From the NCBI RefSeq assembly GCF_009914755.1, contig NC_060931.1: a stretch of DNA of 64,000 nt; one strand, written 5' to 3'. How positions within the stretch are numbered: the first letter of the stretch is position 1; each line of letters begins with the position of its first letter. Below the pieces are notes generated by a model. The model was not told where the DNA came from. It saw nothing but the letters and a program-made list of their open reading frames with translations, and did not search any database. Positions 22,793-37,091 of this stretch are shown piece after piece. The position numbers and the translations under genes were made by a program. This DNA comes from the human T2T-CHM13v2.0 reference genome, Homo sapiens.

Positions 22793-25605
22793 CTGGGGGT
22801 GGGCGGGGGTGAAGCAGAAACGGGCGCCCGTGGGTCAGACCAGGGCCCCCCGCTCCAGGCGCGGTGAGCCGGCGTCTCCCCTCCCCCACCAGACCCTCGG
22901 CTGGTGACCCTGAGCGTTGAGCGATGGGTGGGAGCGATGGGTAGGAGGGGCAGGGGCGCCGGAATCTGCGCGGCTCTGGCGGAGGGGCTTGGCGTCTGGC
23001 TGCAGGAAGCTAACTGAAGCCAGGCACCGCACAGGGCATTGCGAGCCTCGGGGCTGCGGAAGGTACCGCAAAAATGAATATTAATGGCGCCTTTCAACCT
23101 TTCAAAGATGTTCACATCCACATGCTCCTCTGCAAGACAGCCTGAGCAGGTCCTTTCATCCCCACTTGACGGATGGGGCCACTGTGGCTCAAGGAGAAAA
23201 ATGACCTCGCCAAGGTCACACAGCTCATCCTGGCCCAGGCAGCCCCTGAAGGGCTGCCTCCTGGGGGCCCAGGGCTTTGCTCTCTGCGGCTTGGTTGAGG
23301 TCCGGTACCCGGCTCCCTGCTCCGACTTCTGCTCCTCCTCCTGCTCCTCCTTCTCAGGCTCCACTTCTTGGGCGGTTCTGCCTGGTACTCACTAGCTCAT
23401 CTCAGCCACTCTGCTCCCTGTGTCCCTGCTTTTGACCCTTGGGTCCCAAACCCCACTCCCCTCGGCTGACTCCAAGTCCCCACATCCAGGGTCTTCGCTG
23501 ACCAAGCTGCCCCCATAATTTGCTCCCAGGGTGAGGGCTGGAGGCAGGGCAGGCAAGGGCAGCCTGCTGGGGCGCCCCAGACACAGCCAGGATTCTCTGA
23601 TTGGGAGGAGGGGAACTGCGTTAGAGGTGGGCTGCCCAGGGGGGCCTGGGGTGGGTCAGGGCAGTGACACTTGCACTCACATTTCCCTTCCTGTCTGCCC
23701 AGGTCAGCAGCCACCTCCTCCTCTTCCCATCCCCACCCCAGTGAGGTCAGCAGTCAGGGTTCATGGGGGCTGTGGAGACTGAGAGGAGGCGGCTCCTCCT
23801 CCCTTGCCACTACCCCTGGGTGGTCAGATGGGGTGTAAATGAGATGCAAATGCATCGAGCGAAGTGTTCCAAACCCCACTTGTCCAGACTCCAGAAGGGA
23901 GATGGGGAGGGCCAGAGAGAGTTTCAGGGGCTGTGAAACAGAAAGAGCGGGGTGGGATGGGGACTGGGACCACGAAAGCAGGAAGAAGATCAGAGGGCAG
24001 GGGATGCAGACCCTGGCACTGTTAACATGGACACACCACCCACCTCACCCCCAGGCATGAGGAGGGGCCCCCTTGGGCTTGCTGTTTTCCTTCCAACTGC
24101 TACCTCTCCCTCCTGGTCCTCCAGGCTCTGTGTCTAACCCTAATGTCCTCCCACCCTCGGTCAGCAGCTGTCTCTGCCTATCTCTCCTGCAGTGAAACCT
24201 GCCTGTCCATGTGTCTGCTTCCCTCACCCCACCTGACCCTGTCACTCAGGCCTCCAGGGTAGCAGCCCAGAATGGAGCCCAGGCCTGGCCACCAGCTAGG
24301 TGGGGCACTGGGGCTCACAGCCACTCAAGAACTGAAACTGTAAGTTGACCAGATTAAAAAAACAGTCCACGTGTACAGCCTCTCCCCACTAGATGGGCCT
24401 TTTTAAAGGGGCTCCCACCAGCAGCCAGGTTAGGACTGGTAACTCAGCTAGCTGACATGGACACCTTGGGAAGTTACCCCCAGGGGTCCCTGGGGCTGGA
24501 GGACAGGCCACTCCAGGGAGTCCCCCTCTTCCTGTCAGCTGCTCTCCCCAGTTATCAAGGCCAGGGATACTGGCCCATCTGCTGAAGAGGCCCTGAGAGG
24601 GAGGCTTTCAGAGCCCCCAGAGAGCTGTGCCCGCCACCAGCCCCATCCCCATGAAAGGCCAAAATCCTAGGGACTCTGGCCTTACTGAGAGGGTGTCTTC
24701 CTTGGGGTCACAACCAAATTTGGCCATAGTAAACCCGACAGCTTCCTCTACACAGGGCCTCCACTCCCTCACCCATCCCAAGAGTCGCAGCCCCTGCTTC
24801 TCCCATTCCCCACCCCTCCATACCCCTCCCAGCCGGGCCCTACTGACTCAGCTCCAGCCTCCCGGGCTCCCACGTGCCTTCACAGCCTGCCTGTGGCAGG
24901 ACAGTGCTCCCCTGTCCCTTCGGTCTCTAGGCCTCATGTCCCCAACTCCAGCCCCTTCCTTCACATGTTCGAGGAGTTAAGGACATCAGCTTCTGGTGGC
25001 TGAGTCCGCCAAGGAGACCCTCAGAGCCCCTAACTTGGGCTAAGTCCCTAGAGCGGTCCTCTCCCCCACCCTAAGGCAGAAGCTCCAGAGCCCTCCCGCT
25101 GGGATGCAGAGGTGGCTCAGCCTGCGAGCTTCCCGCTACAGTGCCTCCAGGGTCACCTGCTCCTTGCTCCGGAGACACAAGCAGTGACACTGTCCCAACG
25201 GATGAACAGACAGCCCAGCCCAGCCTCTGCCATGTCCCCATCCCCCACCCCCACCCCCAGGGCAGGGGCAACACCTGGGCCCACAAGGAAAAGAACGAAA
25301 GTCAACCTGTCGGCTACAGCGAGGACCCCCTACTTGGGGGGTAGAGTCCCCAAGTCCCACCCCCGCCCCTGACAAGAGCCATGCAAACGCCTCCCTTCCC
25401 CGCCTCGCGTCAGACCCGGCCGGCCGCCTGGCGACGTGTTCGGGTGCCAGGGCGCCAGCACAGTCCCGGGGCCGGGCCGTGGGCCATGACGCCCCCCACT
25501 AGAGGGGTGGGAGAGCGGGAGCGCCCTCCCGGCCCCTCCCGATCAGCCCTCCATTCAGCCCGAGCCAGCTCGCTTGCCCTCCCCCGCTAACTTTCCCCCA
25601 CTCAC

Positions 25606-25683
25606 CACCCCATGGACCAGAAACTCAAAAAGTTTGCTTTTCGTGGCTTTGCGCGCCCCTCCGGCAACTTCGTCCGCGGCCAT
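25606..25683 (-). CDS. SMARCD3: SMARCD3 proximal first coding exon MAADEVAGGARKATKSKLFEFLVHGV (483-aa isoform)
   Basis: ATG at 25683, GTG|GTGAGT donor at 25605; 78 nt; all 13 exons sum to 1452 nt = 483 aa + stop. Confidence 0.96.
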
Positions 25684-25859
25684 CGGGGTGGGCTCAGCGG
25701 CTCCTCTCACTCTCTCTCTCTCTTCCTCTTTCTTTCCCTTTTCTGCCTTTTTTTTTCCTCCAACTCTCCCCTCTGAGTCCTGCTGGGCTCTCTCACACTT
25801 CTACTCGAGCGGAGTGGGGAGGGGGCCCCTTCAGGGCTGCCCTGACGGCCCACGGCCCA

Positions 25860-25897
25860 CGCCGCCGCCGCCCGCCCGCCGCCGCCGCCGCCGCCGC
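25860..25897. repeat. Interrupted (CCG)n tract
   Basis: CGCCGCCGCCG-CCCG-CCCGCCGCCGCCGCCGCCGCCGC. Confidence 0.85.
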
Positions 25898-28719
25898 GGC
25901 TGCCGCATTCCTGCACTGATAAGACAGAAATAGTCCGGCGGCCCGGGGTCTGCCTGTTGACTCGGCGGGGACGGGGCCGCCTGCCTTTCCAAGCCCGCTG
26001 TCCAAACAGCGCAGATAAGCGGCGAGGCGCGCCGACCAGCCCGGCCGCGGGCGCTGGGCAGCAGTGCTGCAGCCCGAAGCCGCCGAGGCCCGCGGGAGGC
26101 GGCGCGGGGAGGGGACGCCAGGGGAGGCGGCGGGGGGTCGCCGGCCACCGGCTCTCGCCACAAATAGTTTCTCCGTCAGGGAATTCGCCGGCCGCGCCAG
26201 GCAGGGAACAGTCAGTTCCAACTTTTCCCCCAGCGGCTCCTGCTGCATTTCTGAGGCCCTTTCCCCAGAGACCTGGCAGGCCGAGCAGGGAAACATTCGC
26301 TGGCAGGAACCGGGGGAGCCCGGCCCGCGAGGCCTCGCGCCTGCCCGGGGCCGGCGGCGGTGGGTGTGCCCGGGCGGCGGCGTGGCCCTGCGTCCACTGC
26401 TGTGTGTGCCCTTGTCTCACACGCCGTGTGTGTCCGCGCCCTTTTGTGGCGTGGCAGCTTATGTGCGTGCAGACAGACGCCCTGTATGTGTGCCTCCCTC
26501 CACGACAGCCTCCGTGCGCGCGCGCCTGCGTGTGTGGCAGGACATGGCCTGTGCCTTTCAGCTCTGTGAGAGGCTATTTCTGGGTATGTGAGTCTTTGTT
26601 TGCCGCTCTGTGAGAAAGTGAGGGCAATAGGGGAAGTATTTCAGAAAGAGGGACAGGGATTGTGCTCATGAGAACAGGAAGAGAATGAATGTGGGGAATG
26701 GCGCAGCGCCAGGGGGGTGCTCGGGTGGGTGCGTGGAGAGAACGAGGCAAGCTGGGCTTGGTTTCCTTGGGGTGGGGGTGGAGTGGGGTTAGGGGACCCA
26801 GAGGAGTTGGGGCAGCTGGGCTGGGTATAGTGGGTATATTGGGCCGGCCTCAAGACCCCAAAGAGAGGGGTCTTGAGGCTGGGGTGTGGCGTGGGGTGGC
26901 AAGGGAGCCCCAGAAGGGGCGTGTGGAAGGAGTTGGCAGTCCCTGGAGTGGAGGAGGGACCGGAAGGAGGAGGGGCAAATCCTGACATACCCAGGCAGGG
27001 AGTCCTGGGCCTACCCAGGTCCCCAAAGGCCACGCCCCTTTTTTCTCCTTCTTGGGGAGGAGCCCGTGGGCTTTGGAACAAGGCCCCTTGGGTCAAGTTT
27101 GGGGGTCTGCTGGGGCCTCACTGTGAGAATCCAGGTGAGGGCAGGACCATAGCCTAGTGCCTAGGGGAGTTTGTTGAAACACTTACTTGAAGTTGGGCCC
27201 TGAAGACTGAAGGGTACTGACCCTAAACCCTTCAGAATGCCTTTGCCCAGGGGGTCCTTTCTGCCTGCAGCCTGATTTCTGCTGGCCCTGGTTGTGCTCT
27301 TGGCTGTCACTGTTCATTTAGGTGCCCACTGTCAATCTGAAATGTCAGGGAGGACATCTGGTCCAGGTTGCTCCTCCACCACCCCTAGCTTGAAAGGGGA
27401 CCTAGAGATCCCCTTGCTACCAAATCTCTCCCAGGGCTTTAGCCTAGACTACCCCCCACACACCCCCACACACAGAGCCTGGGCCCTGACACGGTGGGGA
27501 TGGGTGGGTGGCCTGCCTCTGTCTGCCATAGGTCATGCTGCTGGGAACCTGGGGAAGTGACTTGCCCAGTCTGCCTGCTAACCTCCAGAATCCCCGCTCA
27601 CTCCCATTTCTTAGCCCCTGCCCCCGATTCTTTTACCTGGAATGCCCTTTGCCTGCCCTCTGCCTTCCCTCTGCTTGTCCAAATCACACCTATTCTTTAA
27701 AGCCCAGCCCAGGCCCCACTTCCTCAAGGAAGCCTTCCTTCGTCCTACTTGTATGCAAAGATTTTTCTCTTCTCCAAATGCTCATTGCCATCTACCCAGC
27801 ACCATGAATTGGCATTGGACTGGCCTGACGTGCACTGTGCTTCAAGGACATTAGCTTTGCTTTCCCAGAGAGGCTAAGGTCCCCATAAGGTCAGAGACTG
27901 ATCTTTAACTCCCACTCTTCCTCCATGCCTGGGCACAGGAACTCAACAGTACCCCAGATACCTGATGCTTGCAAAGCTTAATGAGCCAATGCATGGAGCT
28001 GGTACTCTGCCATTTACCTGATGGTGTGAGTTACCACGGGCACCCCCACCCACCATGGGTGCGTCTAGCAGGGGCATGGGAAACCACAGGCCTTGGAGGT
28101 TCTGGGGGTTGGAGTTAGACACCCCTAGGCTTTGTTAAAGCTCAGTGTTCTCAACTATTGGAGAGACCTTTTGGGAAAAGAAGACAGCAGAGGAGATGCT
28201 GGGCACTCCAGTTTGGGTAGCTGGGAAGTTTGAGGCAGGGCCTGGGAGATCCCGGGCTTGGTCTTGGTGGTGGAAGAGGTTGCGGGAGGTAGTTAGACGA
28301 GGGGCTATGGTGAAGCCCCTGTGGAGGAGCTGGTGAGCTTCACCCAAGTCCATACATAAGCCCTCTCCTGAGCCACCCCTCTGGGAGACATCCTTAAGTG
28401 TACACAGACAATAGATACACCTTGCACACACACCCTCCCAACACACACACAGCAGGCACACCAATACAAGCACCAAAAGGTCGAGGAAGCCACATGGCTC
28501 TGCACACACAGGCACACCTTGAGCACCTCCACATCCCGTGGTGGGCCCCATTCACAAGGCAGGCCCAGACACATTTGCGTACTGCTTTTAGGTGGGCGAC
28601 AGGAGGAGCCTTCAGACCAGAAAGCTGGGGCGGCGCCAGTGTGGGGGCCCGGGCCAGGGCTCCCTCCTCACAAAGGCCAGGATCCCCAGTGGCTTAACCC
28701 CAGAAGGGCGCTCGGTGTG

Positions 28720-29320
28720 CCACGCCGCCGATGGCTCCTGCGGGTGGGAAGGAGGCCCGGGAAGAGCGTGGATTCCTCCCAGCGCAATAGGGCGCCCGCC
28801 GCACTTGGGGCAGGCCGTGCGCCTGTCGGGGGCGAGGGCGGCCGCCCGGCGCCCGGCGCCGCAGTCCCCCCTGCCGTCCCCCCATCGCTCCTTCCCTCGC
28901 TGAAGCACCACCAGCACCAAATGGCAAAGCGCCGCTCCCCGCGCAGGGAGAGATGCGCCGCGGCCTGCGGGACGGGCTCGGCCGCCTCGCCCCCACCGCG
29001 CCCGAGCGAGCGGGCGGCGGCCGGGGAGCTGGGGGGGCTCGGGCCGGCCCGGCCCGCGCCGCCCCTCCCTCCGCCCGCGCCGGTCCCCGGCCTGGGCATG
29101 CGCGCCGCGGCCTCCCTCCCGGTGAAGGTCAGCCCGGGGCCCAGCTGCAGGACTCCGCGGCGGCCGGGGAGGCGGCGGAGGGAGGAGGGATGCGGGGAAG
29201 AGACTTAACTCCTTCCCTGCGGGAAGATGGCCACCTAGGCCGGGCCCCAGCCGCAGTCCCGCCCTCCTGCCCTCCGTGAAGGTCCCACCACGGGGACTCC
29301 GCTCGGGGGGCGCGGCAGGA
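28720..29320. promoter_or_regulatory. CpG island with no coding exon, within the long SMARCD3 intron
   Basis: Very high CpG/GC; GC boxes, NRF1-like GCATGCGCG (about 29096), YY1-like AAGATGGC (about 29224). Confidence 0.8.
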
Positions 29321-29542
29321 GGAGCAGGAGAGCGGGGAACATGGAAGAAGGGGCTGGAAGGAGAGAAGAGAAGCTGGCGAGGGGATAGGGAGGAAGGGAA
29401 GGGAGGAACAAAGGAAGCGAGACTGGAGGGAGAACGGATTGCTTAGGAGAGAGCTCTTTCCTCTATTCCCTTTTCCCTACACCCCCAGCAATAAAGCTCT
29501 CCTTAGGAGAATACGATCACCCTCACTGGGGCGGCCTGAGTG

Positions 29543-29543
29543 A

Positions 29544-29580
<37 letters not shown>

Positions 29581-29630
29581 CGAGAGAACGCGAGAGGAGA
29601 GGGAGAGAGAGAAAGAAAGAGAGAGGGAGA
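29543..29630. repeat. Compound (GT)n(GA)n microsatellite
   Basis: About 10 GT units followed by GA repeats and a purine tract. Confidence 0.9.
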
Positions 29631-32600
29631 AAGTGAGACCACTTGGCGCTGTGAGGACCACAAAGCCTTGGTTTCGGTGTTCTGGCCATCTCTAAACCAG
29701 GCCCCACTTTCCGCCATCCAGCCTACCTGCCCGGGCTAAGCACCAGCCTCGGGGGACCTCTGGCTAGTCCTTGGGGTCACGCCCAGCTCCAGAGAGGGAG
29801 GAGGGGAGACTACCTCAACCCCCGCCTCTGGTGACGGTCAGCAGAGGGGACGCTCCGAAGGCCAGGCCAGGGGCATCAGGCACCTTCCTCCTCCTCCTCC
29901 TGGCTGCCCCCATGCTGCTTCCAGGCCAGGGCAGCTGTGCGCTTCCCTGTTTGTGTTGGGATGTTTCTGTACCCCCGACACTCTCTGCTGCTATCAAGGG
30001 GGCTGTCTCTCTGTGTGACTTTGTCTTTCTGTGTCACTTTTGCAAACATACACGAAAGAGACAAATGCAATATATAGAAGCAAAAAACAAAGAAAAACTA
30101 GGACACCAAAATAATGGTGCGACCTTGGGCAAGTCGCTGTACCTCCCTGTCCCTCAGTGTCCTCAGAAGTGAAAGGAGAGGCTTAAGTCAGAGCATTCCT
30201 AGAGCCCTTCCAGCTCTGAAATCCAAGAATTTCCTAAGACAGAGGCAGGAACCAAGGCAGACTGGGAGGAAGGAGGGGGACAGAGGGAGGGAGCAGAGCG
30301 ACGGAGCTGTGCCGGGAAGCAGACCCGCACCGAGTGAGTGGGGGCTGCTCACCATGAGTGAGGCCTGGTCCCAGCTCAGCACCCCCTCCTCTATGGGGTC
30401 CTCAGGGACGCGGCCCTCCCACTCACTCCCTCCGTCCTCCCCTCAGAGTAGCTCTCTCTGGGTGGCTCTGCCCCTGTCACGCACACCTGGCTGAGCCCTC
30501 ACCCCTACACCTTCAGCATCCAGACAGCAGGGTGGGCCTTACCTTGGGGTCCCCAGGGTCCTGTGTGGCAGGCAGGTGCATGCGAAGGTTAGTGGAATGA
30601 ATGAGGCCTCCTTCCTCTCTTTGCCTGCGTGGGATTCCTCAGTCTAATGGGATGCTCCTTGACACCCCTCCCACCACACACAACACAATAAACTGCTGGT
30701 GGCAGGAGAGCGGGGCTGGGCCGCTGGGATCTGAGCATCCCGCTGGCCCACAGGGAAGGCACATTTTGGATTCACAGCAGGTTTTCTCTTACTCCCCATT
30801 AATGAGGTGGTCGCTTGTAGCAGGTCACACACCCCATAAAAACGTGCCACACAGGCCTGGTCCCCATTTCTGCACGGACAGGGCTGGGCTGTGGGATGGT
30901 GTTTACATGGGATCCTGAGGGGTGCTATAACTTCTCTCCCACCTTCCAGGGTGTGGCTCTGCCTGGCGGGCAATAGGGCCACATCCAGGGACCCTGAATT
31001 GGGCAGTGCCCTGACCTGCTGGCTGTATGGCCCCTGGAGGGAGGGATGGGTCACTCAGAGCCATCCTCACTCTCCTCTCCTCTCCCTCCGGATCAACACC
31101 TGGCACATCTGGCCAGATTCAGTGGCTTAGATGTGGCTGAAACCCAGGGCAAACACAAGGGGATCGCATGGCCTCGGGACTCATAGGGTGGTTGAGACTC
31201 CAAACAGTAGCCAGTCTTTCCCTCTCCTCCTCCCAGGTGTGTGGGAGCCATCTCTGGCTCCACTGGCCTCCTGGTTAACAGGCAGCCAGGGCTGGGAAGC
31301 CCACCCATCCCCATAATATCCCCTGGCTCTGCTAAGGCCCCACTCCTGCCCTGCCCCAGCCGTGTCCCAAATGCCTGAGGTGCCAGGGGAGTCACCCAGT
31401 GCATGTCTGAGACATCCTACCTACCTTCCCATCTCTCTACAGATGCTGGCTGCATCCAGATGTTGGCTGCCAGGGATCTGGGGGGCAGCCTTGTGGCTTC
31501 TGGTCGACTTGGGATCTGCTCATGTCGGGCCATGTGGCCCGGGGAATGCCGTTTCCTCCCTGGAGCTCTGTCCTCATCTGTGACATGAGGGTGCTGCTGC
31601 CTTCCCTCCAACCTCTGCCTCTGGAAATGCTGGCAAGGCACAGAGTGCTGCCCGCTTCACCAGGGCTTTGGGCCAGCGCCCTGCCTCTTCCACCCTGCCT
31701 GGTGTGGGGAGGCCTTTGGCCACCCTGCTAGCTGTCTCCACGTGTGTCCTGTGTTCCCCAGGCCCCAGCCCTCCTCTTTCTTAGTGAGGGGAGCCCCATT
31801 CTGGTACCTCCAATTCTCCTCTCTGTCTTTTGCAGCTAATAGCTCCCCATGACAGTGTCAGGACAATCCTAGTGGCCCAGCGTCCTGCCCCTCACCTCGG
31901 GAAGCTTCTGAGGACTTGTGAGGCAGGAACGGGCCTCAGCTACTGCTCTGAACAGGTGTTTAGGGGGATTCCTGCCAATCACTGCATTCTGGGGTCTGGG
32001 TGTCACCGGAGTGAAGAGAAGTGAATAGTTAACAAAAAGTCCATCTGCATTTCTAAACAAATTTTTGGGAATATTAAATCAAATGGCAGCGGGCAGTGGG
32101 ATGTGTAAATAAAACCCCCGTGGAAGTGCTGCGCGGACTCGTCGCCCGGCTGTCCTTGCAGGTCTGACACTGCACCTTCCACTCTGCACCACGGGGCCAG
32201 GGGAGCCCTCGACCTGCCCTCGGCCTTGAGGGCACCAGGTTCAATCTCATGCTGCCCTTTATCCCCAATTGCATCAGTCACCACAGAAAGCCCCAGACCC
32301 CCTCAACTCCTGCACTTTGAGCCCCACAAGGCCCTAGACCCTCCTACAGTTGCCATCTCTCCCCAGCCCCTGAAACCCTCCTACTGTGTTGTCTGTCCTA
32401 AGGAACATTTCCAACATGCTCCACCTCTTCTGGAAGCATCCTCTTTGCCTTCCAGAAGCAGATGCCAGGCTCCCTTCCAGCAGTGGCTCGACCACTGGCC
32501 TAAGGGTGGGTATGGCCCCCCATTGCCCCTCACTGCTGTTTCCAGAGCCCTGGCTCTGCATCTTACCCCCAGCTAGGGAGGCTTCCTTTGTGCGGATTCT

Positions 32601-32753
32601 GGCTCCTGGCTCATGTCACTCTCCGGAGCACCACTCCTGTCCAGCCTGCTGCATGCTCTTCCAGACATCTCTGGCCTCTCCATTCCTTGGCAGCTCCTCT
32701 TCCAGCGATCCTCCCTGTTCCCTCAGCCATGCACTCCCAAGGTCATCTCTTAG

Positions 32754-33600
<847 letters not shown>

Positions 33601-35375
33601 CCTTGCGTACACTCTTGACTCTCTTAAGAGGTAAATCCAGCTTCACCAGCTCCTCCCCTGCAACCACGCACCTGAATGTGGCCAGAGAAAGACACACAGC
33701 CACCCCACCCGGTCTCATTGTGGATTCGGCACGAGCTCAGCTGGCATCGTGCTGCCCGGCAGGCCACTCTTCTCACAGCACAGTCACAAATATGCCCGCT
33801 CCCACACCCCGACAGGAGTTTTTTGCAGCTTCTCCCTCCTCTGACTTCCAACCTCTCCTCCATCCTCCTCACTCCCAGCTTGTGCCCGTTTTCCCCTTTA
33901 CTGAGAAAAAAGAAGCTTCCGAAGAACTTCCAGAGCCTCCCACCACACCCTCTGCCTGCCAGCAGCTGATCCCGTTCCTCCAGATGAGCTATCTGTGTTC
34001 CCGACAGCCAGCCGTGCCTCCGTGTGCCAGCTCCGTCCCTCCTCCACACCAAGGACACTGCTCCAGCAATTCTCTCCCACACCATCATTTCATCAACATT
34101 CCCCTCTTCCCTGGAGTTCCCCCAGCAGCATGCACAAGTACTGTTACATCCCCATTGGAATAAGCGCTCTTCTTTCATTTTTTATTACTTTTTAAAAAAT
34201 AGAGGCAAAATCTCACTATGTTGCCTGGGCTGGTCTCAAACTCCCGGGCTCAAGTGATCCTCCCGCCTCAGCCTCCCAAACTGCTGGCATTTTAGGCGTG
34301 AGCCCCTGCACCCGGCCTCCTGAAACAATCTCTCTTAACCCTACTTATCCTACAGGTTGCTGCCCAGTAGCAACAAAACTTCTGAAAAGAGTTGTCTCAT
34401 TTGTGCTCCTCCATTCTCCCTGAATCCCAATCCTGTCAGATGCAGCTCCCGCTGCTCCACTGAAATGCTCCTGGCAGGGCCACCGGTAGCCTCCACATTG
34501 GCAAATGCTGCCGTCAGTTCTTAATCTACTGCAAACTCCGCCTCCTGGGTTCAAGCGATTCTCCTGCCTCAGCCTCCTGAGTAGCTGGGACTACAGGCAC
34601 CCACCACCACACCCAGCTAATTTTTGTATTTTTAGTAGAGATGGGGTTTCACCATATTGGCCAGGCTGGTCTCGAACTCCTGACCTTGTGATCCGCCTGC
34701 CTTGGCCTCCCAAAGTGCTGGGATTACAGGTGTGAGCCACTGCACCCGGCAAAGTCATAACACTCTGTCCTCTTTCAATTATTTCCTCCCGTGGAGGGAG
34801 GACACTTTCCCCTCTTGGCTGACCTCTTGCCTCCCGGGTTGCTCCTTCTGAGTCCCCGGGGACCATCCAGTTCTCCTTCCCTCTCCATGCAGGAGCGCCA
34901 GGACTCAGGCCTGGGTCCTCCTCACCTCTCCACGCTCACTTCCTCGGAGATCTCATCATTTTTGCGGTCTCATCACATCCAGCACCACCCGTATGTCGGC
35001 AGCTCCCAGTTTCCTCCAGCCCGGTCCTCTCTCCCAGTCCTTGGACGCATCTATCCAATCACCTATTTGGCATTTCCACCTGGGTCTTCAGTGGACAGCT
35101 CAAACATGGTCGGTCCAAAATGAGCTCCTGCTCTTTTGCCTCAAACCCCATCCTCCGCCCAGTCTTCTCCCTCCTTCCAGCTGCCCAGGCCCACACCTTG
35201 GAACACCCTGGACCCCTGCCTTTCCCTCACACCCTACATCCACTCTGAAGGCACATCCTATTGGCTCTGGACCCAGCAGCCCACTGCTTCTCACCTCTCC
35301 CCGGATGCCGCCCGAGATCCAAACCACAGCTACTGGGTAGCCTGCTTCCAGCCTCACCCCAACAGTCTGTTCTCA

Positions 35376-35735
<360 letters not shown>

Positions 35736-36162
35736 TTATGGCATTGCTCTGCTCTAAACCCTCCAGGCCTTCCATCTTATTCCGAGCAAGGGCCAAGGTC
35801 CTGAAGGTCCTGCAGGATCTGGTCTCATCCTTACTCCCTGTCCCCTCTGCTCTCACCTCTTGCTATCTCCCCCGCCACCTTCTCTCTGCCCTGGCTTCTG
35901 GGCTCCCTGTGATGCTTTGGAAACTCCAGGTCCGTGCCAGCCCAGGATGCTCTTCCTCTGGCAATCTACATGGCGGACTCCTCACCTCCCAAAAGCCTTT
36001 GTTCACATGTCTCCTTCTCAATGAGGCACAGTCTGTCTCCCTGATTAAAAACTGCAAGCCCTCTCCCTCCACACGCCCATTTCTTTTATTCCCCTCCACT
36101 TTCCCTACAGGACCCTACCCTTCCACCCTTCTATATCATCTACTCCCTTACATTGATGCCTA

Positions 36163-36492
<330 letters not shown>

Positions 36493-36519
36493 AGAATGTA
36501 AGCTCCAAAAAGGTAGGGG

Positions 36520-36520
<1 letters not shown>

Positions 36521-36567
<47 letters not shown>
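36521..36567. repeat. Perfect (TG)n microsatellite, about 23 units
   Basis: Uninterrupted TG run. Confidence 0.97.
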
Positions 36568-36569
<2 letters not shown>

Positions 36570-36724
36570 CTAAAGGAGGCAGGGCTTTTTATCTGTTTTC
36601 TTCACTGCTAAATCCCAAGTACCTGGCACATGGCAGAACCTCCAACATGTGATGGGTGGAGGTGAAGAGAGCCCACTCCGAGCCCGTTCAGGATCTTCAG
36701 CACGGATTTCCAAATGCCAGCTGA

Positions 36725-37091
<367 letters not shown>

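Larger units (their letters stand above)
25380..26540 (-). promoter_or_regulatory. SMARCD3: SMARCD3 proximal CpG-island promoter
   Basis: Dense CpG around the first exon; two GATAAG sites (about 25918 and 26034); GA-rich 5' UTR. Confidence 0.88.

Noticed and set aside
24386-25510. CTCF-like CCACTAGATGGG and CCACTAGAGGGG
   Set aside because: Both diverge from the GGCRS end of the core motif and cannot be called without ChIP data.
25707-26613. Several 110-237 aa ORFs on both strands over the proximal SMARCD3 promoter
   Set aside because: Stop-poor GC-rich DNA; low-complexity Ala/Arg/Gly/Pro translations; most lack a true ATG.
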